A stretch of 64,000 nt of DNA from Hypanus sabinus (GCF_030144855.1 NC_082721.1:43090001-43154000), one strand, 5' to 3'; counted from the stretch's first letter, positions 47,486 through 61,959 are shown. Numbers and translations: made by a program. Notes: generated from the letters alone by a model not told the origin.

Positions 47486-48109
47486 AAACATTCCCCTTAT
47501 AGTGAGAATACTGAGGCAAAATGTTTAACATGGAGGCTTACTGTAAATATAAAGGAACACTTCAGGTATTGTTTAGACAATATTACTGTTTGTTTCCAGT
47601 GTTCCAACAGTAAATGATCCTGCTTCACTCTATAGAGGTTGATATTTTCAATAGCAGTAATACATTAATATTACTTGACTATAATATTCCAACTTGTTAT
47701 CAATGAACTGCAGGATATTAAGAGCCTGCATTTCAGTCATTGATAAAACTTAATTTCTGGATCCTTGGAATAAAAAGAGTACTTTAAAAGCCAACTGCTC
47801 TCATTTCAGTCTAGAAAGGTGATTAGGTGCGGAAAGGCTGCTGTGAGTTGAGCCTGCGGCAATCAGTTAACACTATCACAAATCAGTTTCATCAAATTGG
47901 AAAAAAATTATGAATGAAGGAGGTCTGTAATGTAACACAATGAGAAAAAAATTCCATGGAAAAGTAGATTTTATTGAACCTTGTTAGTGTGGGAGATACA
48001 AATCATTTTAATGATTAAATTTCTAAATAAATGTTGACTCGCCTTTTAAAAAACAAGTTTTGGTGCAATTCAGATCATCTGCTGCCTGAGTATGAAAATA
48101 ACGAACATC

Positions 48110-50170
48110 TGTGGCCCCAGCAGGAAATGAGCTGTTATTTTAAGGAGAGGGACAGCCCAGAACATTTACATTTGCCTTTTCTACCAAATTATCCAAATAT
48201 CATTTTTTTGTTCTACCTGGTATTATTGTGAGTATAGGTCAAACACTTGACCTTTAAAGGAACATTATCTCTGGTGCACTCCTTGAGTTATGGCAGTGAG
48301 GACAAGAATTGCTTCAGAATTTATACCAGAGTTGCTTCACCCCACAGATTTATGCACTGAATTCCTGGGGAAGGAAATGTTAAGGAGTTCTGATGGTTTA
48401 ACTGTGTGACAGTGAGTTCACCCCCATTACATTGGCAAAGCTTGGTTTCCTTTTGATTGAAATCAGAGGAATATAGAAATGAAGAGAGTTGGAGAATATG
48501 GCTTCTGTTCACTGCCATCAAATTTACATCCACTCGGTGATCACTTCTCCCAGCACAATTGTTGACAGAAGCATCTGCCATATGTGGATTGGTGAGGTTG
48601 AGGTCAAACATGTTTCCCGACGCTGTTGTTCATTCATTGCCTGCTGGAGTTTCAGTCTGGAAGCTTGGTTTTCAGGATGTGGCCAACTCAGTCTGTGATG
48701 GTGTAAGCAAACCACTCTTGGTGACAGCCACTGAAGTCCCCAGGAACACTCTGTGCCCGTGCTTCTCTCGGTACTTTCTCTGTGTTGCTCAACAAGGGGA
48801 ATGTCAATTCATCAATGGAGGGAGGCCAGGAGATTGTAATCAGGAGGAGCTCTCCCTGTGCATGTTTCACATGATGTTATGAACCTGCTCTCTGCCTGGA
48901 TTAAATGCTCAAGACACCAAGGGATCCTTTCCCTTGCTGGTACACCACTGTGCCCCCACCTCTTCTGTCTTCTGGGATAGGATGTACCTAGAATGGTGAT
49001 GGTGGAGTTGGCATTTTGTCTATAATTGGAGCCATGCTTTGTGAAAAGAAATGTCAAGCATCACAGAGCCAGGACATCACTGCAGGATGATGGATTTCCA
49101 CTATCTGCAGATTATTTCATGTTCATCATAATAGCAGAAGTTCCTCAGGGCAATGTCCTCATCCCAATTGTTTCATCACTAACATCCTCCCATTGTAAAG
49201 TCAGAGGTGGGATGTTTACTGAAAATTGCAGAGTGTTCAGTTTCACTTATAACCGCTCAGATAATGCTTCATTCCCAGCTTGTATATCATCCAGGCGTTG
49301 ACAATATTCAGTCATGGGTTGATAAGTGACAAGTGATATTTGCACCCATAGTGTCAGGCAATGACTATCTCCAAGAACAGAGAATCTAACTACCTAGCCT
49401 TGACATCCAATGACATTAACATTGCTAAATCCTCCACCATGAATATCCTGAGAGTTCACATTGACTGAAAAGTCATGTGAGCTATTTAACTAAATACCAT
49501 GGCCCCAGGACTGGGTCAAAGGCTGGATATGCTGTGGTGGGTGATTCACTGGGTCAAAGGCTGGATATGCTGTGGTGGGTGATTCACCTCCTGGCATCAC
49601 AAGATATTTTAATTTCTTACATTCCATATTCCAGAGGTTTCATGGAATATTCTCCACTGACTTAGATGTGTGCATTCCCAGCAACTCTCAAGAAGCTCTG
49701 CATCATCCCGTCTGCAGCAGCCTGACTGACTAGTACCTCCAAAATCAACTGAAATATCCATTCTGTTCACCAATGCCAATGGTAACAGCTGTGTGTAAAA
49801 TTTAGAAGACTCACTCAGTTATTCACCCAGCTCATCTGAAACACCTCTGAAACCAGCACCAGACCACCAATTGGGAGAAGTACAGCAGCTGCAGATGAAC
49901 AGCGCCACCTGCAGGCTCTTCTCCAACTTACAAACTACCGAGACTTAGAAATGTGTCACTGGGCACCACCTATATTCAGGAACATTCTCTCTGACATCAC
50001 TGTGGGAGCACCTTCCCCCAGACAGCACATGAAAGAGTACAGTTCATCTCCAATCTCTCATGGGATGAGCAATGGATACTGGTGATGCCCAGATACCAGA
50101 AATGAATTTTTTAAATGGTGTAATCTACTTAAACTAATTTGAACATTTACTGAATTCAGTTTAATTCAGT
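48110..50170 (-). repeat. Inverted paralog of about 5215-7830
   Basis: Anchors in non-repeat DNA: 7513-7545 vs 48369-48401, and 7789-7820 vs 48114-48145 (31/32 identical). Confidence 0.8.
49511..49586 (+). repeat. Perfect 38-bp tandem duplication
   Basis: CTGGGTCAAAGGCTGGATATGCTGTGGTGGGTGATTCA x2. Confidence 0.9.
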
Positions 50171-51369
50171 TATAGATACTATGTTATAACAGCAAGGTAA
50201 TTGCAAATTGGTTTGTATGTAAAAGCAGAGAGAGGCAGGTTTTAAGAATGAGCATATTTCTCAAAACTCTCGAGATGAAAAGTTGAACAGCTTCCTGAAT
50301 TCACTCACCTGCTCTGAAGCACCTCTCAAACCAGCAGCTAGACCATCCAGAAGGACAAAGACAGCAGATCAGATGAACACCACCACCTGTAGGGTCTTCT
50401 CAAATTTGCAAACCATCTAAATTGTATTCCAGTTTTTATTTGGAGCAAGACCTTCATGATTTTGGAAATTCTTTTCTGTAGTCTTATTTCAATGGCTTCC
50501 TTCACCAGACAGTCATAAAAGCCATTGGCACAGCAGAGTAGTTTTTTGCCATCGAAGTCAATCTTGTGGTCATTGAATATGATCAGTATGCTATGTATCA
50601 GCCAAGGACCTTTAGAACTGAACATAAAGCTTACAGAGAAGCAAAGCCACTGGGTAATATTAAGAAGTGGTGAGGTATTTTCATTGTGTGTCTCGTGTTG
50701 TTATTGAAGACTCCAGCATTGAATTAGAGTGAATAAAATGGTACCTACTTAGGAAATATTCTACAGCGTCAATTAAGTAAGTCCACCTTTCTCCTATTGT
50801 CCTGTCAGATGTTCTTAGGACATGACAAAGAACTGCAGGGGGACAACAATACAACATGAGATTATATAACAAGTGTGGATGGGATAAGGTTATAGGACCA
50901 TATTTCATAGGATAGATTTGAACTAGATACAGTTTACTCTGTGCTTGTGAAAAAATGGAATGATCTAACCCTGTGTGTGGTTAATTGGCACCTGGATCCC
51001 CAAGATGGAAGAAGGGTCTCAGTTGAAAACATTGAGTATTTATTCATTTCCAAACAGGTTGCATGGCCTGTTGAATTCCTTCAATATTTTGTGAGTGTTG
51101 CACTGCAAGTCAGCAGGTTCTGTAATGAGATAAGTGCTCATTATATCAGGTGGTTTATTGAGGTGTCCATAGACAAGAAAAGCGAGTGAAGTGTTTGGCT
51201 GGATCAGTACAAAAATATTTCTGAAGATCTGGAAGGGCAAGTCTGTCCAACCCAAGGAAGGAAGGCTAGTGTATGAGGCACTGTCAACAATCACTGAGTA
51301 TGTTTGAGGTTATTTTCGGGGATGAATGGGTTGTTTTGTCCCGAGAAAGAAAAGAAATTTAAGAAAACA

Positions 51370-52215
51370 AGATGTTGGGGGAATTCAGCAGGTAAGGCAG
51401 CGTCGGTACAGGAAAATGGACAGTAGATGTTTTGGGTTGGGCCCATTCATCTAGACTGAACAATAAGAGGGCAGATATCCAGGTGAAGAGAAGGATGGAG
51501 CAACTAGTGGCAAATGATAAATGGATCAACGTTAAGAGTGGGGGTGACAGGTAGATGGAGAGGGGGATGGTGGAAATGATGACAAAACTTGGAGGTGATA
51601 GGTGGAGGGAACAACGGCTGAAGATGATGAAATCTGATAGGAGGGGACTTTGGGCAATGGAATCAAGTGAGGAAAAAGGAAATGATGAGAGACGGGAGAC
51701 CATGTGGAAGGAATGTGTGGGTGATGGCAAGATGTAGTGGGTAGAGGAAGGGAGAAAAATTGGCAGATAGGAGTTGGAGAGCATGTAGGAAAAATGGGTA
51801 GACTAAGAGGAATGAAAAAAAGAAGAAACAAGGGGGAATAGTTTACTCGAAATTAAAGAATTCAGTTCTCATGTCATTAGGCTGTAGTCTACCCAGGTGG
51901 CATAGAAGGCAGTAAGGTGATGATCCTCTGGTTTGTGTTTAGCCTCACCCTGGAAGATGACAGGACTGAGCACTGACATGTCAGTGTAAGAACAGGGCCG
52001 ACAATTAAATGGCTGGTAACTGGGTGCTCTAGATGGTCATGGCAGATTGAACACGGGTGCTCAGCAAAGTAATTGCCTAGGTCTCACCAAAGTAGGAGAG
52101 GCCACCTTGTGAGAATCAGATGCAATAAACGTGGCTGGATGTGTTGTATGTGAGTTTTTGCATTTGTGTACCTCACCGGGAAGCAGACATCTGACCTGGA
52201 AAACTACCTCCATCA
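51370..52215 (-). mobile_element. Penelope-like element relic (paralog of 2255-5110, without the L1)
   Basis: Same terminal repeat and GIY-YIG remnant in the same flanking context. Confidence 0.75.
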
Positions 52216-53169
52216 GCAAGTCTATCAATTCCCTCTTAGCATCCCCATTTCCCAATATTTATATTCCAAGAGAAAATCACTTTGGTCCACAAATAAATTT
52301 GGGAGGATCGAAGTTTTAAGAAATAAACTCTGTGAACAAATTAAAATATAATTCATAAATTTTCAAATTGGGTCTTTCTTGAATACTAAAAATTTATTCC
52401 AGGGATTTGGACATCAGTGGCAAGGCCAAAATCAATTTCCTATCCCTTGTGGGAGTGATGGTAAACCATGGGTAGACTTGCTGTGATCCTTCTGAGGAAG
52501 GTGCTCTCACAATACTTAGGGGAGGGTGTTTGAGAAGTTTAATTGAAAGACTGGTGATACATGCAGAACAGGATGCCAGCTCGAGAGGGGCCCTGAGGAG
52601 ATGGTGATCTTCTGCATCACCTGAACTTGTCCTTCCTGGTGACCTGAGCCTTTTGTCAATGTTGAATGTTGTACCTCATTTCAGACATTTATAACTCAAC
52701 AATCCCTCATCCCTTTTCTTGAGTGATTTAACTATTAAAAATTTGATAATACATTAAATTGCAAAATGCATAATCATTGTAAGACCTAGCCTGCTGGGAA
52801 AGGATTATTCTGAAATAGAACAGGAATATTTCAAGTATCCCCAAATTGTTCCCTAAAGTACCAACTCAGAATCAATGATATTCAATAAGTGTGAATCTTG
52901 CACCTGGATTCAGAGACCCTCACATTGCATACAGTACTGTCCAGAACTGCTAAAAGTTTGTAATAATCATGTCATTAATTTTTTCAAGCACACTTCAGAA
53001 AACAAAGGAAGGAAATAGATAAGAAAGGATAAAACGTGAACTTAAGAGAGAACCCCTTACTAATAATTTTATTATATGGCATTCTCCAATGTAACTTGTC
53101 ACTTAATTACTCAGAATCTTTCCTTGAGTCCTGTTGAATTTCTTGCGGTAAAGTTTGGATTAACTCAAA

Positions 53170-55792
53170 GTCCTTGAAGTACAGAAGTCAATGCCCCTTT
53201 TCTTCTTTCTCCCTCTGTCTCTCTCGAGATTCCTGGATGGTATGTTGCTTTCTGGGTGCCAGGGTGGGATACCTCAGATTGAATCTTCAGAATTCTTAAG
53301 TAGGAAGGTGAACAGCCAGAAGTCATGGTCCATTTCATGGGTGGGTTAAGTGACGAGATTCTGCATAAGGAGATCAGGGAGTTATGTGCTAAGTTAAAGG
53401 ACAGGACTTTCCTGGTTGTGATCTCAGGATTGCTACCCATGCCATGTTTTGGTGAGGCCAGAACTAGGAAGATTATACAGTTTAGCACATAGTGAAGGAC
53501 TTGGTGTAAGAGGGAGGGCATAAGATTTCTGGATCATAGTGTTCTCTTTCAGGGAAGGTGGGACCCATACAGAAAGGACAGTTTGTGCCAGAACTGGAAG
53601 GGGACTAATATCCTAGTGGGAAGATTTGTTAATGCTGCACAGTGCAGTTTAAACTAGAGTTGCAGGGGGTTGGGAGCTAAAAGTGCCAGAACAGTTCCTG
53701 GAGAGGTTGTGGAGGCAGATGTTGATAAGACCTCAGACAAAGTTAGGAATCAGAAGGTTGAGCATGGTGCATCTAGCATCCCGAGTTGCATATATTTTAA
53801 TGCAAGAAGTATCATAGGAAAGGTGGATGATAGTACTGAAGATGAGGTAGTTGGCTTACAAACAGAGGCAATGTTCAATGAATATGTTGTAAAAAGAAGA
53901 TCACTCCCTACTTGTACATAGTTTTTTCTTTTTGCTTGTTTATTCCCTCCACTTATTTCTATAAGTGTATACCTCAGATAAATACTATGTGGAGATTTGT
54001 GACATATATGATTATATGATATATATGTACAATCTCTGAAATACATCTTATGGAAATGTTTGTTTGATGATGAACTTCAAAAAAAAATAAATTACTAACA
54101 GGCAATGTGTAGTGAGGAGAGGCTGTTGATGGGGCAAAATTGCAGTCAACAGGGTGAGTTGCAATGTAAAAAGCAGACAAAAAGGTGGTATACAGTACAG
54201 AAGGTGCTATATTTTAATGTGCACAGTATACAGAATAAGATAGATGAACTTGGAATACAGTTGCAGATTGGCAGGTGTGATGAATCATGACTGAAATAAG
54301 ATTATAGCTGGGAGCTTCATGTCCAAGCATACACATTGTACTGAAAGGACCAGCAGGCAGGCAGACAAGACAACATTGCTCTGTTGGTTAACAAATAAAA
54401 CCAACTCTTTGGAAAGAAGTGATATAGGGTTGGAAGGTATTGAATAATTGTGGATAGAGCTACGGAACTGCAAGGGTAAAAAGACCCTAGTGGGAATTGT
54501 ATACAGACCCGCAAACAGTTGTAAGGATGTGGTCTACAAATAGCAACAGGATATAGAAAATTCATGCCAAGAGGGCAATGTTACAGTAGTCATGGGGGAT
54601 TTCAATATGCAGGTAGATTTATAAAATCATGTTGGTGCTGTATTCCAAGTGGGGGATTTCTGGAATGCCTTCAAGATGGCTTTTTAGAGAAGCTCATGGT
54701 TGAGCCCACTAGGGGATAAGCTGTTCTGGACAGGGTGTTCTACAATGAACCAGAATTGATTAAAAAGCCTAAGGTAAAAGAAGCTTTAGGGGAAAGTGAT
54801 CATAATATGATTGAATTCACACTGAAATTTGAGGAGGATAAGCTAAAGTTAGATGTATCAGTGTTACAGTAGAGTAACAGGAATTACAGAGACACCAGAG
54901 AGAGGAATTGGCCAGATTCAATTGGAAAAGAACAATGACAAGAATGGGTGGAATTTCTGGAAGCAAATTGGAGGGCACAGGATATATACATCCCAAAGAT
55001 GAAAAATTATTCTAAATGCAAGTTGACACAACTTGTACCAACAAGAGAAGTCAAAGTCAACATGAAAGCCAAAGAGCGGGAATAATAGAGAAAAAGTTAG
55101 TGGGAAATTAGAAGATTGGGAAACTTTAAAGAACAACAGAACAAAACTAAAAAAGACATTATGAAGGTAAAGATGGAATACAAAAGTAAGCTAGCCAATA
55201 ATATTAAAGAGGATTCTAAAAGTTTCTTCAGATATATAAAGTGTAAAAGAGTGGTGAGAATGGATATTGGACTGATGGAAATTGATGCTGAAGAACTAGT
55301 AATGGGGTATAAGGAAATGGCAGACAAACTGAATAAATATTTTTCATCAGCATTCACTGTGGAAGATACTAGCAGTTTGCTCTAAACTCCAAGTGTCAGG
55401 GGGCATGATGTGTGTGAAAATACTTTTACCAGAGAGAAGATACTTGGGAGACTGAAAGGTCTGAAGGTAGGTAAGTCACCTGGACTAGATGGTTTACAAC
55501 CCAGGGTTCTGAAAGAGGTGAATGAAGGGATAGTGGAGGCATTTGTAATGATCTTTCAAGGGGAGAGAGGTAGAAGAAAGGAAGCAATAGGCCAGTCAGT
55601 CTGATGTCAGTGGTTGGGAAGATTTTTGAGGTCTCAGAGTACTTGGAGGCACATGATCAATTGGGTTGTAGTCAGCATGGTTTCCTCAAGGGAAAATCTT
55701 GCCTGATAAATCTGGTGGAATTCTTTGAAGAAATAACATGCAGTACAGACAAGGGAGAATCAGTTGCTTTTGTGTACTCAGATTTTCAAAAG
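53170..55792 (+). mobile_element. CR1 element(s), decayed (ORF1 esterase, endonuclease, RT)
   Basis: Esterase remnant at 53200-53660, YFNARSI, KSPGLDGLQPRVLKEV and QHGFLKGKSCLINLVEFFEE motifs; ends at the gap. Confidence 0.8.
53875..54099 (+). mobile_element. L1 3' UTR insertion (same family as 13450-13685)
   Basis: Near-identical to 13455-13670, with an A-tail and TSD AGGCAATGT at 53866-53874 and 54100-54108. Confidence 0.8.
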
Positions 55793-55956
55793 NNNNNNNN
55801 NNNNNNNNNNNNNNNNNNNNNNNNNNNNNNNNNNNNNNNNNNNNNNNNNNNNNNNNNNNNNNNNNNNNNNNNNNNNNNNNNNNNNNNNNNNNNNNNNNNN
55901 NNNNNNNNNNNNNNNNNNNNNNNNNNNNNNNNNNNNNNNNNNNNNNNNNNNNNNNN
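55793..55956. other. Assembly gap
   Basis: 164 N bases. Confidence 1.
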
Positions 55957-55959
55957 TTT

Positions 55960-57440
55960 CCCATAATAACAGTCCATAACTAACTTCACTAAAGATAGTC
56001 TTTTGGGTGTTGCTGTTTTTTTTTTTCACAATAGTGTCTCTGGACCTATGGGTGGCATTCGGTTTGGCAGGTGTCTTGTCAATTATAACATTCTCATACC
56101 TCTGGACTGGTGGAGTGACATCAGGTTCTGTAGGTGTTGTTTCAAAGTCAACATTCTCAGTTGCTGGTGTCACATTGCTCTTGGCGACATGATCATCACT
56201 GAGAGGTAAGTCCAGTGGTTGTAATGTGTCCATCTTGTTGGATGCAATTGACTCCAATGTGCTCTTTGGTTGAGCATACAATATCTGGCCCACATGTTAT
56301 CTTTATGTCTGATCTCCAACATCCACTTTGTTTACCAGTGGTCCAGTTGTTGTAGCTATCCCACCCGCTCTCCATTTGTCTTCTCAGTAATCACATGCTA
56401 GGACTTCCTGTCCAAACTCAAGGCTCTTTGCCAATTCAATTGGCAACTGTTTGAACTGGTTATTCTGCACTTGCTTCTGTAAATCTAGCTTCAGGAAGTC
56501 TGTGCGAGATCTCAGACTCCTGCTCATTAACACCATTTCAAATGTTTGACTTGTTGTCACATGACTAGAGTTCTGATACACAATAAAGAAGTTGTCCGCC
56601 TCATGCTGTAGAGAGCTGTCCGCCTCATGCTTCTTGACCATCGCTTTAATGGACTTCTTGAAGGTTTGGAAAACACATTCAGCTAACTCATTCATTAATG
56701 GGTGGTGAGAAGCTGACTTCATATGTTTGATGCTATTTTTTCTTCTTGGATTGTCCAAACTGTTCTGACATGTATTCTAGTCTGCTGTCACTTGCAATTT
56801 GTTCTGGTAAGCCATTTATGGTGAAGACAGTCCTCAGAGCGGTAACAGTCTTTTCTGAGGTGCTTGACTTCATTGGTATGACTTCAGGCCATTTTGTGTG
56901 AGCTTCCACAGCAATCAGAAGCATGAAATCCATGAATGGCCCAGCAATGTCAATATATGCTCTTTCCCATGGTGATGACAGCCAATCCCATGGATGTACA
57001 GTGCCTGTGGTAGCACATTTTGAACTTTATGGGATTCTGAATGGCTCTTAGCCAAGTCTTCAATCTGTTTATCTATTCCCAGGCACCATTTGTATTTCTG
57101 GGCAAGGCTCTTCATCTTCACTGTATCCAGGTGTCCTTCATGCAGATTCTCTAACACTCTGCTGCGCAGTTTAGAGGCAATCACTGCAAAAGATCCACAC
57201 ATCAGTGTGCTTTGACATATCGACAGTTGGTCTGGTCTCACTGAGAACTTTGGGAATGTCAGATTATCATGAGCTGGCCATCCTTGCATGGTGATGTCAT
57301 GGATTTTTGACAATGTCAGGTTTCTTGTTTCTCTTTGTATTTTGAAATTTGTTACTGGTAATTGGTCCATTAATGCTATTTGGAAGATTGCTCGTTTAGA
57401 TAATTTAACATCAGAAGCTGAGTAACAAAACATGACTATC
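55960..57440 (-). mobile_element. Gypsy pol (integrase) remnant
   Basis: LHEGHLDTVKMKSLA (integrase zinc-binding), EAHTKWPEVIPMKS..SEKTVTALRTVF..NGLPEQIASD (rve) and SHHP..N.LAE..FQTFK motifs, frameshifted. Confidence 0.85.
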
Positions 57441-59924
57441 AAACCCCAAATAAATGGACACAAACACAATATGTGGAGAATTCAGTGCAAGTGGTAACCT
57501 GAAATAATTGGTTCTCATAGAAAAGCAAAAGAGGAGACTGCCATACCTAGACTAAGTTCCTTGCCACAGAATAATACTGTAGTTGCTTCCAGGGGAAAGG
57601 ATGTGTAACTCAGAAAATTTTATATCAGTGTCTGACCTCCGTAATTAATTTCTTTCACCAAAATACTGTTGGTGATAATAGATATTATCATCATTTAACA
57701 GCAGTGTGGAAGTATGTGGCACAGATGATGTGTTGATAAGTTGATAAGTTCTGCATGAAATCGGAATACAGTACTGATGCATTTGTCAATGGTATCAAAA
57801 AAGTTGAAGAGGGATGCCTGAGTCCTTTTGTAACCACGCTGTATATATGGCTATTTCAGTATCTGGTAAATGGTAACACCCATGCCAGTGGGTCCAGCCA
57901 ACTGAAAGTATCAAATGGAGGGGATGAGATATCCTGAATAAATAAGTTCCATAGAGTTTTACTACACAGTACCAGCCTCTTTGCCCCAATAGGTCCATAT
58001 TGATTGGTATCTCCAACCAAGTTTGTACCGTTTTCCAGCGTTTGGCCCATAATATTCTAAACATTTCCAAACCATGTACCTATTCAACTGGCTATTAAAA
58101 GTTGTACTTGTACACATCTAAACCCCTTCCTCTGTAAGTTTATTTCACAGGGATGCCACAGTTTGTGAATAAAAAAGGCTATTTGCCTGCCAGCAGGCCT
58201 CAAAATCTTCCACCTCCATTCCATAGGCTGTCTCAGCGTTGTTGGTGATGAGCCCCAGCAATGTTGTGTAAACTGTTCCCTCTCACCTTAAACTTGTATA
58301 TTCTTGTCCTTAATTCCCCAACCTTGGAAAAAAAGCTGATTACATTCACCCTTCATGACCATGTACACCTCTCATCACCTCTCAGTTCTACCCTGACTAA
58401 TCTCTGCTGATAACCGAGATCCTCAAGACTTCACAACCTGTAGTCTTTCCTGTAGTTTTTACTGTTTAATAATATCTTTCCTATAACAGTGCAGTCAAAA
58501 TTTTGCACAATACTCCAAGTATGATCACAGCAGCATCCTCTACAACCACACCATGGCCTCCCACCTTTTATACTCAGTGCCCTGACTTATGAAGTTCACA
58601 ATGTCAAAAACCTTCTCTTCCACCTTGTCTACCTGTGACTCCACTTTCAAACCTTATACTTTCACTCCAAGGTTCCTCTGTTCACCAACACTCCCCATTC
58701 ATGTGAAAGTCCTACCTAGATTTAATCTTGAAAATGCAATGTCTTGCACTTATCCAAATTAAACTCCATTTGATACCCTTCATACCAGCTGATCAAGCTG
58801 GCCCTGTAATTTTGATTGATCTTCTTAATTGTCTTCTATACCACCTATTTTACTGTCAAACTGCAAACCTGTTAATCATGTCTTGTATGTAATTATTTAA
58901 ATTGTTGATATAGATGTCAAACAAGAATGGCCCCTGCACCATCACCCGAGTCACACCACTAATCATGGACAATGAGACTGAGAAACTATCCTCCACTTTG
59001 TTTGCACTTCCCCTTTTTCCCATCAAGCCAATTGCATCTCCAGATATCCAGCTCTTACTGGATTCCATGTTAACTATTCTTCCAGAGCAGTCTAATAAGT
59101 GGAGTGTTAAAGACTTACTGAAGTTCATATAAGTGAAACCATGGCCCTGGCCTCACTGACATTCTTTATTGCATCATCAAAAATTTCAGTAAAATTGATC
59201 GGACATGATCTCCCATGCAAAAAGCTGATGCCTCTAACCAACCCCTGCATTTCAAGGTGTATGGATATCTTATCCCTTAGAATCTTCTCCAGTTATTTAC
59301 GTGCCCCAGATGTGAGACTTACCGTTGTATCAACCCCAGTATTCCTTGCCACTCTTCTTAAATATATGCACAACATTTGCTTCCATCCAGTCTATTTACT
59401 AGCACTTCTCCATGGTGAACAATGAAGCAAATATCTGAACAACGGTTCCTAACTTCTTCTGTAGCCGCCCACAGTGTTCTTGGATGTAGCTAGTCAGGTT
59501 CTGTGGATCTGTGTACCTTCATACATTTTTCAAAATCTAGCAAAGATGGATCCAGATAACAAGAGAAGCTGAATCATTGAATGGATTCAGGGCTGAGTCC
59601 GGACAGATCTTTAGTGCAATCTGAGTCTGGGATTATATCAAGAACTCATGACCCATAAATCATAATAATGTTGAATGAACAGCTGCACACTGAATAAGCA
59701 ATCTGATAGTATTGGAAGTGCTGGCAACTCAGGTTTATTTTCTGATGCTACCTGTAAGGAGTTTGCACATTCTATCCATGACTGCCTGGGCTTCCTCTGG
59801 GTGCTTCTCCCTTCACCCATAGACCAAAGATGTATCAATTGGTGGGTTAGTTATTCATTGTATATTGTCCCATGTGTCTACTAATGAACAGCCCCTTGAG
59901 AGCAACAGTTTAAAAGGTTTATGG

Positions 59925-60868
59925 CCCTCTGAGAGATAAATTAACTTACCTTCACTCAGCTTACAGAGAGAAGGTGCAGTGGCTACGGACTGGTGCAGAG
60001 CCAACAACCTGTCTCTGAATGTGAACAAAACAAAAGAGATGGTTGTTGATTTCAGGAGGGCATGGAGCAACCACTCCTCACTGAACATCGATGGCTCCTT
60101 GGTAGAGATCGTTAAGAGCATCAAATTTCTTGGTGTTCACTTGGCGGAGAATCTCAACTGGTCCCTCAACACCAGCTCCATAGCAACGAAAGCCCAGCAG
60201 TGTCTCTGCTTCCTGTGAAGGCTCAGGAAAGTCTATCTCCCACCCCCCCATCCTCATCACATCTTATGATGTATTGAGGTTGTATTGAGAGCATCCTGAG
60301 CAGCTGCATCACTGCCTGGTTCGGAAATTGCACCACCTCAGATCACAAGACCCTGCAGCAGATAGTGAGGTCAGCTGAGAAGATCATCGGGGTCTCTCTT
60401 CCCGCCATCACGGACAGTTACACTACACGTTGCATCCACAAAGCAAACAGCATTATGAAGGACCCCATGCACCCCTCATACAAACTCTTCTCCCTCCTGC
60501 CATCTGGGAAAAGGCACCAAAGTATTCGGGCTCTCACGACTGGACTATGTAACAGTTTCTCCCCCCAAGCTATCAGACTCCTCAAAACCCAAACCCTGGA
60601 CTGACACCTTACTGCCCTATTGTCCTGTTTATTATTTATTGTAATGCCTGCACTGTTATGTGCACTTTAAGCAGTCCTGGGTAGGTCTGTAGTCTGGTGT
60701 AGTTGTTTTTTTTCCTCTGTGTTGTTTTTTATGTAGTTCAGTCTAGTTTTGTACTGTGTCATGTAACACCATGGTCCTGAAAAAACTTTGAGTTATTTTT
60801 ACTATGTACTGTACCAACAGTTATGGTTGAAATGACAATAAAAGTGGCTTGATTTGACTTGACTTGAT
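59925..60868 (+). mobile_element. Rex1/Babar-clade LINE 3' part
   Basis: WCRANNLSLNVNKTKEMVVDFRR...FLGVHL; GACTT-repeat tail. Confidence 0.85.
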
Positions 60869-61959
60869 CTGTCCTAAATGGTTTGTTTTAGATCGCCTAT
60901 AAGAGGAAACATCCTGTTCATAGGCCCCCTGCCAAAACCCCTCAGGAGTTGATAATCCAATCAGTTAACCTTGAGAGGTTAAAACTTTAAAACTCCAGTG
61001 AATACAGGCCTCACCTTTCATCACAAGATGTTCATTGGGGAGGTAACATAGATGATTGATGAAGTTGTGGAGGTTGTTCACGTAAATCTTTGGAAGCTTT
61101 TGTCAAGTTCCTTCAAGGTAGTCTAATGCAGTACATTAATTCATTTGGGATCCATGATGACTATAAAATTGGTTGGCTGGAGAAGACAGAGACAGTAGTG
61201 GAAGGGTAAAGTCCTGATTGGAGGAGGATGGCCAGTGGTGTTCCATAGGGATCAGTGCTGCACCTCTGTTGTTTACAATGTACAGTAAATGACGGATAAA
61301 AATACAGAATGGCTGATTGATGGGCTTGCAGATGGCAAAAGGAATACAAAGAGTGTTTGCAGGATACCAGATGTGATCTCGTCAGTTCTCCTTTGAACAG
61401 AAACACAGATTGCTGAGTTCAGATAACTTACATGGACCTGATAGATAACTCATCTGAACTAAATGGACTATACCCCATGATTCTGAAAGAGGTAGCTGAG
61501 ATATTGTGGAGGCATTAGTAGTCATCTTTCAAGAATTATTCTGAAATGCTTTTGGTGGAATGGAAAACTGCAAATGTCACTCCACTCTTTAAGAAGAGAA
61601 GGATGCAAAAGACAGGAAATTGTAAGTTAGTTAGTCTGAATTCGGTGGCTGGCAAGATGTTAGATTCAATTCTTCATCATGAAGCTTTGGGGTACTTGGA
61701 GAAACATGATAAAATAGGCCAAAAGCAGCATGGTATCCTGAAAGGAAAGTCTTGCCTGAAAAATCTGTTGGAATTCTTTGAGGATGTAACAGATAGGATC
61801 AACAAAGGAGAGTCAGTGTAAGTTTTTACTTGGATTTTCAGAGGCCTTTGACAAGGTGCCACACATGAGGCAACTGGAATGAGCTGCCAGGCATAGTGGA
61901 GGGAGCAGATAAGATAGTCACTTTGAGAGACTTTTAGATAAACATGAAAATGCAAGGAG

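Larger units (their letters stand above)
50575..61871 (+). repeat. Discontinuous direct paralog of the IgL downstream flank (about 1335-27055)
   Basis: Colinear anchors: 1486/50726, 1819/50871, 4742/51858, 5356/52486, 22854/58550, 26181/60903, 27037/61853. Confidence 0.85.

Noticed and set aside
55604-56293. ORFs spanning the N run
   Set aside because: Artefacts of the assembly gap.
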